From Octopus vulgaris (taxonomy: Eukaryota), in contig OX597831.1 of NCBI GenBank assembly GCA_951406725.2, positions 48,112,001 to 48,176,000 on the forward strand: a stretch of DNA of 64,000 bases. Direction: 5' to 3'. The first letter of the stretch is position 1. Each line of letters opens with the position of its first letter. A model generated the notes under the pieces. The model ran no database searches. It was not told the DNA's origin and saw nothing but the letters and a program-made list of their open reading frames with translations. Made by a program: the position numbers and the translations under genes. Positions 13,601 to 27,163 of the stretch are shown here, piece after piece.

Positions 13601-15123
13601 CACAGGGAAAATTATCAATGTTAATTTATTGATGCATTTGGGCAAGTCTATGTCTGTATTACTAGACAATTGCAAAAATACGTTTAAGGAATGTATTTAT
13701 CTCATCAGATGCTGATGTTAATTTTGAGAAAAATTCTAGAAGACTTTTAGGTGTTTAAGCCTCTTTCATTCAGCTTAGGTCACATTGTATTTATGCTATC
13801 AAAGTGACACAAAGCTATTTTCTTTATTTTTAGACCTACATATTTGGACAATTTGTTGGCAGGTTACTGGTGCCACTTTGCTGGTTGGCTGTAATTCAGT
13901 TTAGTAACATCTTTTTATACTATAAGGCTCATGGTTGGGGTGAGATGTTAATGTAAACCAGTAGCTCAGTGATTGTTCAGAGGAGTATGAACACATTAGC
14001 CACAGCAGTCTTCATATGGTGTTACTGTCATTAAATTCATGTTGTTTTCTTTAAGCAATTTATCATAATTATGTCTAGTTGGGAAATGCTTAATATTTTT
14101 AATGCCAGGTTGAATGAGATGATGTTGCATTTTCTATGTTTCTTTCTTTGCTACATGCATTTGTGTAGGAACTAATATTCACTTTATCTCCCTTCTTTTA
14201 ATACAATGCATGCTAGTTTTATACATAGTAGCCTTTTTTTATACATGGTAGCTAAAGTTAGCAATGTAAGTATGAAAATGTAGGCAGTAAGGGTGCAATA
14301 AAATCGTATACTGTTATGAGAAAAGGCAGCTTTCAAAATTACTTTCTCAAACTGAAATCCACTTTCTGGAATCAGGAAGGAAAAGATGAATACCACAACA
14401 TTATCCAGATATGTATGCACCTGGTAAAGCAATATATTGACCATTTTAACATCTTCTGAACAATCATAAAACGCAACCCACCCTACATAAGCTAAACCAG
14501 GGGATATCAATTTTGTACTATTCAGAAATACCATATAATGATTTTCCACATCAAGAAAAAAAAATGTTGGTGATAATGTCAAAATGCCATCCAAAAATCA
14601 ATCTTACCTGGTAAATTACTATAACGAAATAGAATTTGATTGATGGATGCAAGTAAACAGAATTTACTGGAAAGTTACAACATGACATCTCACAGCACTA
14701 AATGATAACACTTATTCTGTTAGTATGGTAAACAAATTTTCATTGATAGGCCCAAATGATGAATGTTTCATTGGTGTAAAACTTGAAGAAATGGAAAAGT
14801 AATCAACTTTGGCAATAATGTATTTCACTTCCAGATGAACTTAGTATGTTTAACTTTATTCAGACTAATGGTTACAAACATTAGCTTCACTGATAATAGC
14901 ATCACACAGTATATTTCTAAAGTACTAGCAACACACTGAAGATATATTTAATATTTGCACATTAAATGATACATATATACATGCATACATACATACACAC
15001 ATACATACATATATATGTATATATATATATATAATTAAGAGAAATAGCCTCTATTAAGTAATTTAATTGATAGTGAAAGATATTTTCTATATTAAATCAT
15101 ATAGAAAAATTTTAATATATTAT

Positions 15124-15529
15124 ACTCTTTTACTTGTTTCAGTCATTTGACTGTGGCTATGCTGGAGCATCGCCTTTAGTCAAGCAAATTAACCCCAGGA
15201 CTTATTCTTTGGAAGCCTAGCACTTATTCTATCGGTATCTTTTGCCGAACTGCTAAGTTACAGGGACGTAAACACACCAGCATCGGTTGTCAAGCGATGT
15301 TGGGGGGACAAATGCAGACACACAAACATATACACACACATACATATATATATATCTACATATACACGATGGGCTTCTTTCAGTTTCTGTCTACCAAATC
15401 CACTCACAAGGCTTTGGTCAGCCTGAGGCTATAGTAGAAGACACTTGCCCAAGTTGCCACACATTGGGAATGAACCTGAAACCATGTGGTTGGTAAGCAA
15501 ACTACTTACCACACAGCCACTCCTGTGCC
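15124..15529 (-). mobile_element. SINE family A, full length
   Basis: Colinear with 3054-3476. Confidence 0.9.
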
Positions 15530-15685
15530 TATAGAATAATAATAAATATTATTGAAAAAATCACTAAATTAAATAAGCACTATTAAAAATAATATTACTA
15601 TATATATATACATATACATCATCATCGTTTGACATCCGCTTTCCATGCTAGCATGGGTTATATACATATATTATAATATATATAC

Positions 15686-15742
<57 letters not shown>

Positions 15743-15759
15743 GTATATATATACAATAG

Positions 15760-16378
15760 GAAAAATTGAAAGAGGTACAGTGAACTTGTTGTGAGGAGTG
15801 GAATATCCAATGTTTTGGATTCAAATCTTCGTCAGGGGGCTGAGAAAAAAGTCGAACACAGTTTACATCTTCTCAGCTTGAAAAACTGGCTGCAACTGAT
15901 AATGGACGCAGAATAACATGGGCTGCAAGCATGAAGCAGAAGTTATAGGAGAGGGCATACAGAAAGGTGAGGGAAAAAGATGATAGAGAGAGTAGAGGTA
16001 AGTAAAGAGAGGAGTGTTGCAGAAAGAGGGGAGAAAGAGGATTAAAGAGGGTAAAAAAGAGGAGGTGAAAGGATGAAAAGAAAAACGTCCATTCATACCT
16101 GTTGGGGACAATAGTGCGAAGATTAAATATGAGACGTTGCTCCTTTTGTTTCCTAGAGAAGTTGTGGGGTCCGTAGTGCAAGGCCATGCCACATACTGAT
16201 AAATCTGCATAGAATGATTCACAGTGTTGAAGTGGGTGGCAACAGATTGGCCTGGCATAAGCAGAATTATGCTTCTGATGTGTTTGTGAAAGCCATCCCC
16301 AAGGTGTTGCTCTGTTTCTCCAATGTAAAGAGCAATACGGAGTTTGCATATGATACAATATATGAGATTCGGTGAATC
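15760..16378 (-). mobile_element. Penelope-like element 3' part: GIY-YIG endonuclease remnant plus terminal region
   Basis: Minus-strand translation NLIYCIICKLRIALYIGETEQHL...VATHFNTVNHS/ADLSVCG...RKQKEQRLIFNLRTIVPN/GMN is a PLE (Neptune-like) GIY-YIG. It is followed by a pyrimidine tract and a hammerhead-like core. Confidence 0.85.
15776..15845 (-). ncRNA. Degenerate hammerhead ribozyme motif in Penelope terminal repeat
   Basis: Minus strand CTGACGA-A-GAT ttga ATC-C-AAAAC. The expected GAAAC reads AAAAC. Confidence 0.55.
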
Positions 16379-17009
16379 CTTGCCTTCTGTTGATCTCTGG
16401 TGTTACAACGTGATTTGTTGGTCTCTCGCTCAGGGGGTCACAGTCTGGGGAGTTACGTGGCCAGATGCCAGGGGTAATGTGGTCGCAGACATCGACTGAC
16501 AACCAGGGCTGGGTTCTCTTGCCTGTGTGGCATGGTGCAGAGTCCTGTTGCCAGTCATAGGGTCTTCCAGCACCCACCCTCTTGAGCCAGGGCAGCACTA
16601 TCACCACCAGGCACCTGATGAAGGCATCCATGTTGTGTCTCAGGCCATGTGGGAAGATGAATGGAGGCATAACGTTGCAATCACTAGTGATCACTCCAAG
16701 CACCATGATGCTGACTGGATGCTTGATTGTTATCAGTCTCGGTACATGTCCTCAGCTTACACTCTCCTAATATTGACACCGAAACACTCTGAAATGTTTG
16801 TACTTGAGCTTCTGGCATGAATGCCAAGCAGCACAGTAAGTCATTTCCAAATTTCTGGCAGAGTGAATTGTATCATAGCGCTGTTTTTCTCACAGACAGT
16901 GCCCAACTGACCCTACTATACTGTGTAGTTGACATAATCAAAAACAAACAATGTGTATATATGAAATTAAAAATATAAAATGGTGACAATTTACCCCTGG
17001 CACCCTGTA
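16379..17009 (-). mobile_element. DD37D/maT-like deleted transposon, 3' end replaced by the Penelope fragment
   Basis: caccctgta terminus at 17001-17009. Motifs MVLGVITSD, WQQDSAPCHT and WPRNSPD. Homologous to 9981-10817. Confidence 0.85.
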
Positions 17010-17016
17010 TACATTC

Positions 17017-17062
<46 letters not shown>

Positions 17063-17064
17063 CT

Positions 17065-17418
17065 GTTCGTGGCCGTTGCCAGCGCTGCCCCGACTGGCCT
17101 CGTGCCGGTGGCACGTAAAAAGCACCATTCGTTCGTGGCCATTGCCAGCCTCACCTGGCCCCCGTACCGGTGGCACGTAAAAAGCACCATCCGTCCGTGG
17201 ACGTTTGCCAGCTCCGTCTGGCACCTGTGCGGGTGGCACATAAAAAGCACCCGCTACACTCACGGAGTGGTTGGCATTAGGAAGGGCATCCAGCCATAGA
17301 AGCACTGCCAGATCAGACTGGGCCTGATGCAGCCTTCTGGCTTCACAGACCCCAGTTGAACCGTCCAACCCATGCTAGCATGGAAAGCGGACGCTAAATG
17401 ATGATGATGATGATGATG

Positions 17419-17420
<2 letters not shown>
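17065..17420 (+). mobile_element. Repeat family D
   Basis: Tandem gtgccggtggcacgtaaaaagcacc units, ggttggcattaggaagggcatcc, and a (GAT)n tail. Confidence 0.85.
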
Positions 17421-17462
<42 letters not shown>

Positions 17463-18923
17463 GTATATATATATATGTATATATATATACACATACACAC
17501 ACACACACACATACACATATATGTAAGCCTCCATATGTATAATATGGTTTTATTTTCTAGCATCCTCACATTTATAGCCATCATTACATTTCATTACGGC
17601 ATTGCTCTATGCCTGAATTCATTTCATGTTTACTGAGCGCTTTGCTTAGATCCTTTGCATGAAAAAACAATTATCATTATATTAGCAAGATATTTGTTTC
17701 CCATCATTGCTAACACACGCACACACACACACACACACATATACCGACACATAAATTCATTTGAAATTTTTGTGATTCGCTTCTGTTGTATCCTAGTTTC
17801 TCAAGATATAATACGGTTGTGTGTAATCCTTTAGGCAGCGTTTCTTTGATGATAGCAGCTAATAGATAAGTAAATGGATTTTGTTTCAGTAAATTATTAA
17901 AATTATTTATTCATCTATTTATATATGTTTCTTTCATTGACTATTTATCTATTTATTTATTTATTTATTCATTTATTTATTTATTGGTTTTCTGCAAATG
18001 AAGTGATGGCCATGGGATGGTGTGTGGCGAGGACTTGTTAGTTGTGTTGGCATTGGAGTAAATGAAAGCAGTGATGGTGTTTAAAGCAAGATAGTATTTT
18101 CCTGATTGGTTTCATTCATTAATTCTCGTGACATTAAAGGGAGACAACATCTGTTAATTGTATTTCAAATCTTTCATCTAGCGTGATTTTTTTTATTCGT
18201 TGCTTTTTGTTTGGTTTTTATTTTTATCAACTTCATTATATGTATTTTACTTTTTTTTTTTAATTATGTGTGTTATATCTTTTATTAATTAATTTATTTG
18301 GTTATTATTTTTTTTTTTTGTCTCCAATGTCATTAGCAGAATATGTTATTGGGATTATGTTGGGAGTTTGTCCCAATTTTTGATAACTGGGGAGAAATTG
18401 CACAGGGATGCCATATGCATAGAAAATAAACAGCTATGCATGTACCAAAAACAAAAACAAAAACCATCTTAATGCATTCAGCAAAGCAATTTTAATAAAT
18501 TAAAGCTTCTCCTGTAGGATGGAAGGAAAGATAAAAAATATGTAACAAAAAAACAAAAAAGCAAAATGCAGTTAAATCTGATCAAGTCTGGAAGGGGCAA
18601 TAACTATGAAATGTCAGTGAATATTAAGAATTATGATCTAATTACAATTAACTGAGATGTTCAGTTGTCATTTTTCTCTCCTTGAATAATTGTAATTGTT
18701 TTAAGTATTAAATTAAATATGTTAATTTGAATTAAGTTAATGTGTTAAGCATTTCAAAAACATCTCTCTATCTTTCTCCCTCTCTCTCTCTCCTCTCTTT
18801 CCTTCCCCCTCCCTCTCTGTCTCTGTCTATCTCTCTCTGTTTCTCTCTCTCCCACTCTCCCTCTCTCTCTCCTATCTTTCCTCACCTTTTCTCTCTCTCT
18901 CTGCCATTCTCACTCTCTGTATC

Positions 18924-18965
<42 letters not shown>

Positions 18966-19049
18966 CGTCCGTCTCTCTCTCTTTCTCTCTCTCTCTCTCT
19001 CATACTTGGTTATAGCAGCTGGGAGTGAGGACTAATTCAAACACTGTTT

Positions 19050-19430
19050 CATCTTATATCTTTCACTTGTTTTACTCATTGGACTGTGGCCATGCTGGGG
19101 TACTGCATGCAAAGATTCAGTCAAACAAGTCAACACCAGTATTTATTCTAAGCCAGGTACTTATTCTCTCAGTCTCTTATGCTGAACTGCTAAGTTGTAG
19201 GGTAGTAAACAAACCCAAGCTAGTTATTGAGTGGTGATGGGGTACAAGCACCCCCCCACACACACACACACATATGTATAATATGCTTCCACACAGTTTC
19301 CATCTAGCAAATTGATTCACTAAACAATGGTCAGCCCAGGGTTATAGTAGAAGACACTTGCCCATGGTGCTGTGGAGGTAGACCGAATCTCAAACGACAT
19401 AGCTGCAGAGACACAGCAACGCCTGTGCCC
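19050..19430 (-). mobile_element. SINE family A, old diverged copy
   Basis: gactgtggccatgctggg...gtacttattct...tagtagaagacacttgccc landmarks occur in order. Confidence 0.7.
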
Positions 19431-20149
19431 ACATTTCCATAACATATATTCGTTAGAATCCCTCCCACACACACTCACTCACACACACATAAAACAGCTT
19501 CACAGTTACATACATGCTTGTTTTGTGATCAGAGAATATTTGCATTCTTAATTACTCTGATGCAATCCTGCAGCTAATAAGCACATAAACAAAACACATA
19601 CATTCAGTATGTGACATCACTAATGTTTACATTATTAGAGCAGCTTATAATTCAAAACAGAATTTTGTTTTACTCATGCAGCACTATTGCACATCAGCAG
19701 ATAGATTTTAAGCTATCTGCATATATGCCTCAGACCAGCAATTCAAATTTGCTTCAAGGTGACTTAGGTATATGATACTGAAATAACAGTAAAATATCAA
19801 TATCCACTATTCTCATTCACCTATTGGCCAATTTGTTTCATCTGGTTCAGGGTAGTCAGTGATATTCTAACATCTGGTATCTTGAAGGGGTTTTTACCAA
19901 TGAGGTTTAATGAACACAATTTGGATTTTGTGTCTGTTAAGAACAGAACATTCACTGTGGAGTGTGATCCCTAGTCTACTAATCAATATTGGTGTTGATT
20001 ATGATGGTTTCTCATAGTCCAAGAAAGATGGTTCTACAATTTTTTTCTGAACAATCTGCATAAATGGTTTGCTTGAAGAGATTAAACATATGTGCTGTAC
20101 ATTAGCTCACTACCTACATTAAATTGTCATTGCCTGAACAGGTGTGCAA

Positions 20150-20290
20150 CACATCAGGTGTCAAAGTGATTGCAGAGCAACATGAGATGAAGGTTTTTGC
20201 TCAGGAACACAATTCACCTCTCAGTCAAGGAATTGAAACCGCAATCATATGATCATGGGTGCAACACCCTAACTTAGGCTGCGCACCCTC
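20150..20290 (-). mobile_element. SINE family C, 5' fragment
   Basis: gagcaacatgagatgaaggtttttgctcaggaacacaa matches the family C body. Confidence 0.6.
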
Positions 20291-20365
20291 GACTGATCAG
20301 CATTACTATATGTAAATATCACACAGAACTTGCTTGGACTTTTATTTTTTAATTGTTTCAGTTAA

Positions 20366-20421
<56 letters not shown>

Positions 20422-20900
20422 AATTATTGTATACAGTGCTCAGGTGCACCACAACTTGTCAAAAGTGCATATAAAGCATATGCAGTAACGTACAAATGTC
20501 TGGGAAGTGAACAGTATATGAGTCAGATACATGCTTGTGTGTGTATGGAGGGGAGAAAATCAGGTGTAGTGTTGGCGAATCTCAGGAAGCATGGAAGTTT
20601 TGAAGGATGCAGTGCTCCGACAACTAACAACTGATGCCAGCAGTTTGTTCCATACTTCAGCAACTCTTAGCATGAAAAAATGTTTCTGAAAATCATGGGA
20701 GCTGTGCTGTTTTCTGACTTTGTAAACATGTCCACGGGTGTTAGACAGGTGGAGTTTGAAAAGGTGCTTAGAGTTATTGTTAGTAAGATGGTTAATAATT
20801 TTATGGGTGTCTGTCGCCTCAGCTGCCAGACATCGGAGTTTCAATGTATCCATGCCCAGGGAAGTAAGGCGTTCAGAATATGGCAAATGCCTGATGGAGG
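20366..20900 (-). mobile_element. CR1-clade LINE 3' end with (ATT)n tail
   Basis: ORF 20560-20886 YSERLTSLG...TRGHVYKVRK...FFMLRVAEVWNKL is the typical CR1 ORF2 C-terminus. It is followed by a 3' UTR and a microsatellite tail. Confidence 0.85.
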
Positions 20901-21327
20901 GTTCTTAAACTGCGGTCATGCTGGAGCACTACCTCAATAGTTTTACTCAAACAAATCAACACTCGTGCATATTTTTAAAGTGGTACTTATTCTGTGAGAG
21001 CATAAACGTTGTTAAGCAATGGTAGGGAACAAACACAAGCAGAAGGGCATGCACACATCCTGCAGCTAATTCTACTAAGTGGATCTTTGTTCTCATTTGG
21101 CATCAGCATTTCTCTTTTCTGCATTTCATTGTGGAGTGGGATACCCATGGTTAAAATAATTAGAAACTGTATATGTATAAACTGTATATGTGAAGTGTGT
21201 ATAATGTGTATGCACTTTTGAATCAGTTCAGTGTCAATGATGTAACAGAAATTGAATTATGAAATGGCTGTAACCATGGGGAAATAAATCTTATTTGTCT
21301 CTCACTTCTCCTGGACTGCAAATAATG

Positions 21328-21359
<32 letters not shown>

Positions 21360-21360
21360 A

Positions 21361-21670
21361 CGGGAAGCTTTATGAAAATAAACAAAAGACGAAGGCAGGT
21401 TTACGGAAATAAACAAAAGACGAAGGCAGGTGGAATACAAACAAACAATTGTATTAGTATGGCACTCAGGAATATAAATAAAAAAAAAAAATTTTTACGT
21501 TTCAAGCCTACGCTCTTCAACAGAAAGATACACAGAGAAGAAACACAGAAAGAGGAGAGAAAAAAAATGCGTGCAGAGGCTAGCAAATCAACATGGCGAT
21601 CTGATTTCGGCCAGAAGTCAAAGATCAAACGTGAGACGCAAGAGCGAAATTAGGGGAGATAATAGGGTTA
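21361..21670 (-). mobile_element. Short Penelope-pLTR-like element with hammerhead-like core, in a (TA)n context
   Basis: Minus strand CTGTTGA-A-GAGC gtag GCTT-GAAAC at about 21499-21523. Homologous to 28705-28896 and related to 38444 and 55413. Confidence 0.6.
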
Positions 21671-22614
21671 TATATATATGGAAGTGAGTGTCTTTTGTCT
21701 CCTTGACAACTTGATATTGTGTGTTAGCTGTAAATAAGTGTTGCCCTCATGAGTGGTGTCCTCCATTTTCCAGTCTTCCATGGAAACATGTCTGGCAATG
21801 GAGAAATATTACTTTGCCTGGAAACAGATAAGGGTTGGTGACAGGAAGAGCATCTGGATGTAGAAAATATGCCTCAATATATTTCATGTGACCCATACAA
21901 CAAGCATGTAAATGCATACATTGAATGAGGATGATGAATTTAACTAATTTTTATGACAAATACAAGTTACTTTGTTATTCTCATCAGTATTAATACAAAA
22001 AGGTGAAATATTACTAATAGCAATTTAACTTTGTATTAATTAATAATTTGCATAAGTTTGAACAGATTACTATAAGACAATTATTTTTTAATATTTTCAT
22101 TATTGTATCAAATTGAACAAAGTAAGTTAAAAATACCACATACACTGTTCTTGCCTGAGTATTTTATGAGTATTGTAAATAAAAAATATTTTACCATAAC
22201 ATCACACACACACACACACAAACACACTCACACACATGCATACACACACTCAAACAAACCTTCGTTGAAAATCTTAAATAGGTTTCTCAGGATCTTAAAG
22301 TATCATATTTAATGGCATAGAAGACATAGAAATATATTTAATGCACCCAAATTAGTGTAGAGTTTATCCAGGAAAACGTTTTTAGGGTCTTAAAGCTTAT
22401 AAGAAGTTCAAGGTTAATTTTTGAGGCATTCCAAGGTTGAGACATTCTAAGGTATATAAGAGGCCCAAGATTAATTTTTGGGGCATCCAAGGTTAATTTT
22501 TAAGGCATTCTTTTAATGCTATCAAATATGCTCTAATATTTAATACCTGATATGCGATATTATTTGATATCTGCTTTATTTCAAACTAAAACAATCTAAT
22601 TTTGAAACAAGTTT

Positions 22615-22815
22615 AGCTTGGCGAAATGCCTAGCGGTATTTCATCTGCCATTACGTTCTGAGTTCAAATTCTGTCGAGGTCGACTTTTCCTTTCATCCTT
22701 TCAGGGTCGATTAAATAAGTACCAGTTAATTACTGGGCTTCATGTAATCCATTTAATCCACTGGTCTGACCTTGTTGGTCCCTTCTATGTTTAGCCCCCT
22801 ATGGGCAAGAAAGAA
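22615..22815 (+). mobile_element. SINE family B fragment
   Basis: gcgaaatgcctagcggtatttc...cctttcatcctttcagggtcga. Confidence 0.8.
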
Positions 22816-22992
22816 AGAAATTTCTAACTCTATTCATATTTCAGTGTGACATTATTTCAAAGCTTTTTATCTCTGTAAATGGATAAAACTGTCATTAATC
22901 ACAATGTCGCTTTAAAATAATTTAGTTGATAACAAAAGACTTTATTGACTAATAAATCCTTGAGTGCTTGGTTGTTTTGTTTTCCATTTATG

Positions 22993-23160
22993 CAAAGGCA
23001 TGGCTGTGTGGTAAGAAGCTTGCTTCCCAACCACATGGTTCTAGGTCCAACCCCATGGTTCTAGGTCCAACCCCATTGCATGGCACCTTGGGCAAGTGTC
23101 TTCTATTATAGCCTTGTGAATGGATTTGGCAGATGGAAACTGAAAGAAGCCTGTTGTGTA

Positions 23161-23213
<53 letters not shown>

Positions 23214-23490
23214 ATGTGTGTGTGTATGTATATACATACATACACATTCACACACACACATATATATTTTTGTGCATGCCTGTGTCTGTCATCATATCTG
23301 TGTTTGTCCGGCACCACTGCCTGACAACCTGTGTTGGTGTGTTTATGTACCCGTAACTTAGTGGTTCGGCAAATAGAGACCAACAGAAAAAAAGTACCAG
23401 GCTTATAAGTACCGGGTCAATTCATTTGACTAAAAATTCTTTGACATGGTGCCCCAGGATGGCTGCTGCCAAATAGCTGAAACAAGTAAT
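22993..23490 (+). mobile_element. SINE family A variant
   Basis: Head-to-tail landmarks present, with a 20-bp tandem duplication near the B box. Confidence 0.8.
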
Positions 23491-23941
23491 ATAAAAATTA
23501 ATAAAAGTCTAACAGCCTCTATAAATAGTGAGATAAAGAACTGTTTCTGTTATATTGAAAAAAAATTACTGATTTTTAGATTCATGGTGGTTTAATAATT
23601 ATATTTGATTAATTTTCATGCAAGTCTAGTTTCATATACTACAGTAATTGAGAAATTGAATATTTTCTTTATATCTAAGATAATCAGCTTTTGATAAAAG
23701 AGATAACATACCATCACACCTTATGCTTGGCTGTTTAAGGCAAAAATGAATGATAGTGTTTATGTCAGATAACTTATTAGATTTCTATAGGAGAGGAGAT
23801 ATATTAAATGTAATATGTATATGTATATATGTGTTTATATATATATGTGTGTGTATATATGTATATATGTAGATATGTGTATATGAATGTATGTGTATAT
23901 GTACATATATATATAAATATATATATGTATATATATATTAC

Positions 23942-24053
23942 TCATTTACTCATTTACTTGTTTCAGTCATTTGACTGTGGCCATGCTGGAGCACCGCCTT
24001 TAGTCGAGCAAATCGACCCCAGGACTTATTCTTTGTAAGCCTAGTACTTATTC

Positions 24054-24055
<2 letters not shown>
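23942..24055 (-). mobile_element. SINE family A, 3' fragment
   Basis: tttacttgtttcagtcatttgactgtggccatgctggagcaccgcc. Confidence 0.8.
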
Positions 24056-24107
<52 letters not shown>

Positions 24108-24449
24108 TATATACATATATATGCATCATCATCATCATCATCATCATCATCATTATGCATATATATGTATATATATGTATGTATGAGTGTGTATATATAT
24201 ATATATATATTAGATTGCAAGAATTATTAGGGTAATACTTGTATATGTCTATTATATATGTGTGTGTGTATGTGTGTGTGTTTGAGTATGTGTGAATCTG
24301 CATGTACATCCCCCCACATATATATAAGTAGATACATACGTACTTACCCATAGACATATTTATACATACATACATGAATACATACATATGTGCATACATA
24401 CGTACATGTGTTTGTGTGTGTGTGTATTCTCAATACCATGTGTTGAAAT

Positions 24450-24666
24450 ACTCTTTTACTCTTTTACTTGTTTCTGTCATTTGACTGTGGCCATGCTGGA
24501 GCACCGCATTTAGTTGAGCAAATTGACCCCAGGACTTATTCTTTGTAAGCCTAGTCCTTAGTCTATCTGACTCTTTTGCCGAACCACTAAGTTACGGGGA
24601 TGTAAACACACCAGCATCGGTTGTCAACTGATGTTGGGGGGACAAACACAGACACACAAGCATATT

Positions 24667-24698
<32 letters not shown>

Positions 24699-24699
24699 G

Positions 24700-24730
<31 letters not shown>

Positions 24731-24893
24731 CATATATACGACGGGTTTCTTTCAGTTTCTGTCTACCAAATCCACTCACAGGGCTTTGGTCGGCCCGAGG
24801 CTATAGTAGAATACACTCGCCCAAGGTGCCACACAGTGGGATTGAACCCAGAACCATGTGGTTTTTTAAGCAAGCTACTTACCACACAGCCAC
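24450..24893 (-). mobile_element. SINE family A, near full length
   Basis: Colinear with other family A copies. Confidence 0.9.
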
Positions 24894-24955
24894 TAGCAAC
24901 AGTTTCATGTCTGTCCCTCATTTCCATTAAATACTGCCAGAGTGCAATGATGCTA

Positions 24956-25079
<124 letters not shown>

Positions 25080-25481
25080 TCGATTGCAACAGATGACTGA
25101 AATAGGAAATTTCTCCATTAAATTGACTCAACAAACAGAAATCAGTTGATGAAATGATATCACATATTCCGATCCTTTTGAACATAATTCTTTGAAGTGC
25201 AACGTAGAAACCAATAAAAGTACTTTTAAGGGCTTCCCTCTCTTTTCCTATTTCTGCTTTAATATCTTTTGTTTCTTTTTATCTTTCCTGTTTCTTTCTC
25301 CACCCCCACCCAAACCCTTTTCACTCTTTTTGATTCTTTTCTTTTTTTTTTACTTATTTTTTTTCTTCCTTTCATTTCTATGAATTTATGTGTCACTCTT
25401 TTATGATGATGCCAGTTTATTACTCTATTGAATTCTCTCCATCATTCTTCAATTTTTGACATCTTAGATTTGTTTAAAGAC

Positions 25482-25482
<1 letters not shown>

Positions 25483-25520
<38 letters not shown>

Positions 25521-25985
25521 TTGTTGCTGTCATTCTCCACTCTCACCCCTTTGTCATTTTCTTCTTCTTCTTCTTCTTCTTCTTCTTCTTCTTCTTCTTC
25601 TTCTTCTTCTTCTTCTTCTTCTTCTTCGTCGTCTTCTTCTCCCCTCCTCTCCTTCCTCTTCCTCCTATTCTCCTTTCTTCTCCTTCTCCTCTTTCTCTTC
25701 CTCCTATTCTCCTTCTCCTCTTTCTCTTCCTCCTATTCTCCTTTCTTCTCCTTCTCCTCTTCCTTTTCCTCCTTTTCTCTCCCCTCCTCTTCTTCCTCTT
25801 CCTCCTATTCTCCTTTCTTCTCCTTCTCTTCCTTTTCCTCCTATTCTCCTTTCTTCGCTTTCCCTTCCTTTTCCTCCTATTCTTCCTTCTTCTCACTGCT
25901 CCTCTACCTCCACTTCCCCTTCTCCTTCTTCCTCTTCTTCTTCTTCACCTTCTCCTCCTCCTTCTTTTCTACTTCTTCGTCCATT
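25483..25985. repeat. (TTGA)n, (TTC)n and a long polypyrimidine low-complexity tract
   Basis: Read directly. Recurring cctcctattctcctttcttctc units. Confidence 0.95.
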
Positions 25986-26558
25986 TGTCTCATTTCTTTT
26001 TATCTCTCCTCACTCCGAACTAATTCTCTTAATCATTTTTCTGTTTTCTCCGTTATCTCTGCATAATCTTTCCCTCGATATCAAATTAATTTTGTTTCTT
26101 TGTTCGAAATTGTTAATATCAGTGGTTCAATTCCCATACCTGCCTGTCTGCCTGTTTGACTTTTTTTTGTCTGACTGTGAATAATATTTTACCCAGTTAA
26201 TACATTTTTCAAAATATGAAATTTTATTTCTGTCCAAATTGTTTTTTTTGTTTCTCAGAAACTAAAAAAGATAAAAAAAAGTGTCTCAATTTATTTTTTG
26301 CCATTTCTAATCTAAAAATTGTTATCCTCATCTAAATTTCTATTGTCTTTTTGTCCTCTTGTCCTCTTTCATTCAGCTGTTATGATGATCATCATCACCA
26401 TGATCAATGCTACCATCATTACCACCACCATCACCACCACCACCACCACCACCAATACCACCACCACCACCACCATCACTCCCCTTCTCCTCTCCTCCAC
26501 CTTCTCCTCCCCATCTCTTCCCCCCTTCTCCTTCTCCTCCCCCTCCCCCCTTCTCCTC

Positions 26559-26800
26559 AAGGCAGCAAACTGGCAGAATCTTTAGCAAGTCAGAAGGATT
26601 GCTTAGCAGCATCTCGTCCGTCCTTATGTTCTGAGTTCAAACTCCACCAAAGTCGACTTTGCCTTTCATCCTTTCGGGATTGATAAAATAAGTACCAGTT
26701 GAGTACGGAGTTCAAATACTACCAAGGTCAGCTTTGCGTTTTAGAACAAACATCACAAAACATCTTACCCTGTATTTAATGACTCTGCCAACTCACTGTC
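26559..26800 (+). mobile_element. SINE family B
   Basis: aaggcagcaaactggcagaatc...gtcgactttgcctttcatcctttcggg. Confidence 0.75.
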
Positions 26801-27163
26801 TATATACAGAGTTCAGCTTATATCTAAAGTTCAGTCTAGTTTAGCATTTATATAAAGTTCAGTGGGTCATGATTTATCATTGTTGATTGACCTCAGACCA
26901 TGTCTGTTTAAGCAGAGTTCAGAAACATCAAAAAATATTCCAGCTGTGACCATTCTGCATCATATTTAGGCATAGTAGAATTGTATATTCTCTAATGCAT
27001 CATTTACTTATTTTCAAAGACAATATGGTACAATTTGCAGGAAATTTCACTGCTCTTCCTTGCAAGTCAAGTGACCACATAGATTCTTCTTTGATTGTTT
27101 GTGAGAACTATTGTAACAGTGGTTGGAGACCAAGAATTTGCACATCAGTAATTGGTTTGTAGT

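Noticed and set aside
14184-14594. 136-aa ORF and surrounding coding-like sequence at 13.7-14.9 kb
   Set aside because: No recognisable motif in any frame, and the other frames have multiple stops. It may be an ancient TE but this cannot be supported.
17065-17260. CRISPR-like repeat-spacer appearance of family D tandem units
   Set aside because: The spacers are homologous to each other, the context is a eukaryotic retroposon, and there are no cas genes.
22405-22512. Short degenerate tandem (aaggttaatttttgaggcattcc)
   Set aside because: Only a few decayed units; an ordinary local duplication.
25511-26066. Long Ser/Phe/Arg-Lys-rich ORFs
   Set aside because: These come from a polypyrimidine low-complexity tract that lacks stop codons by composition.
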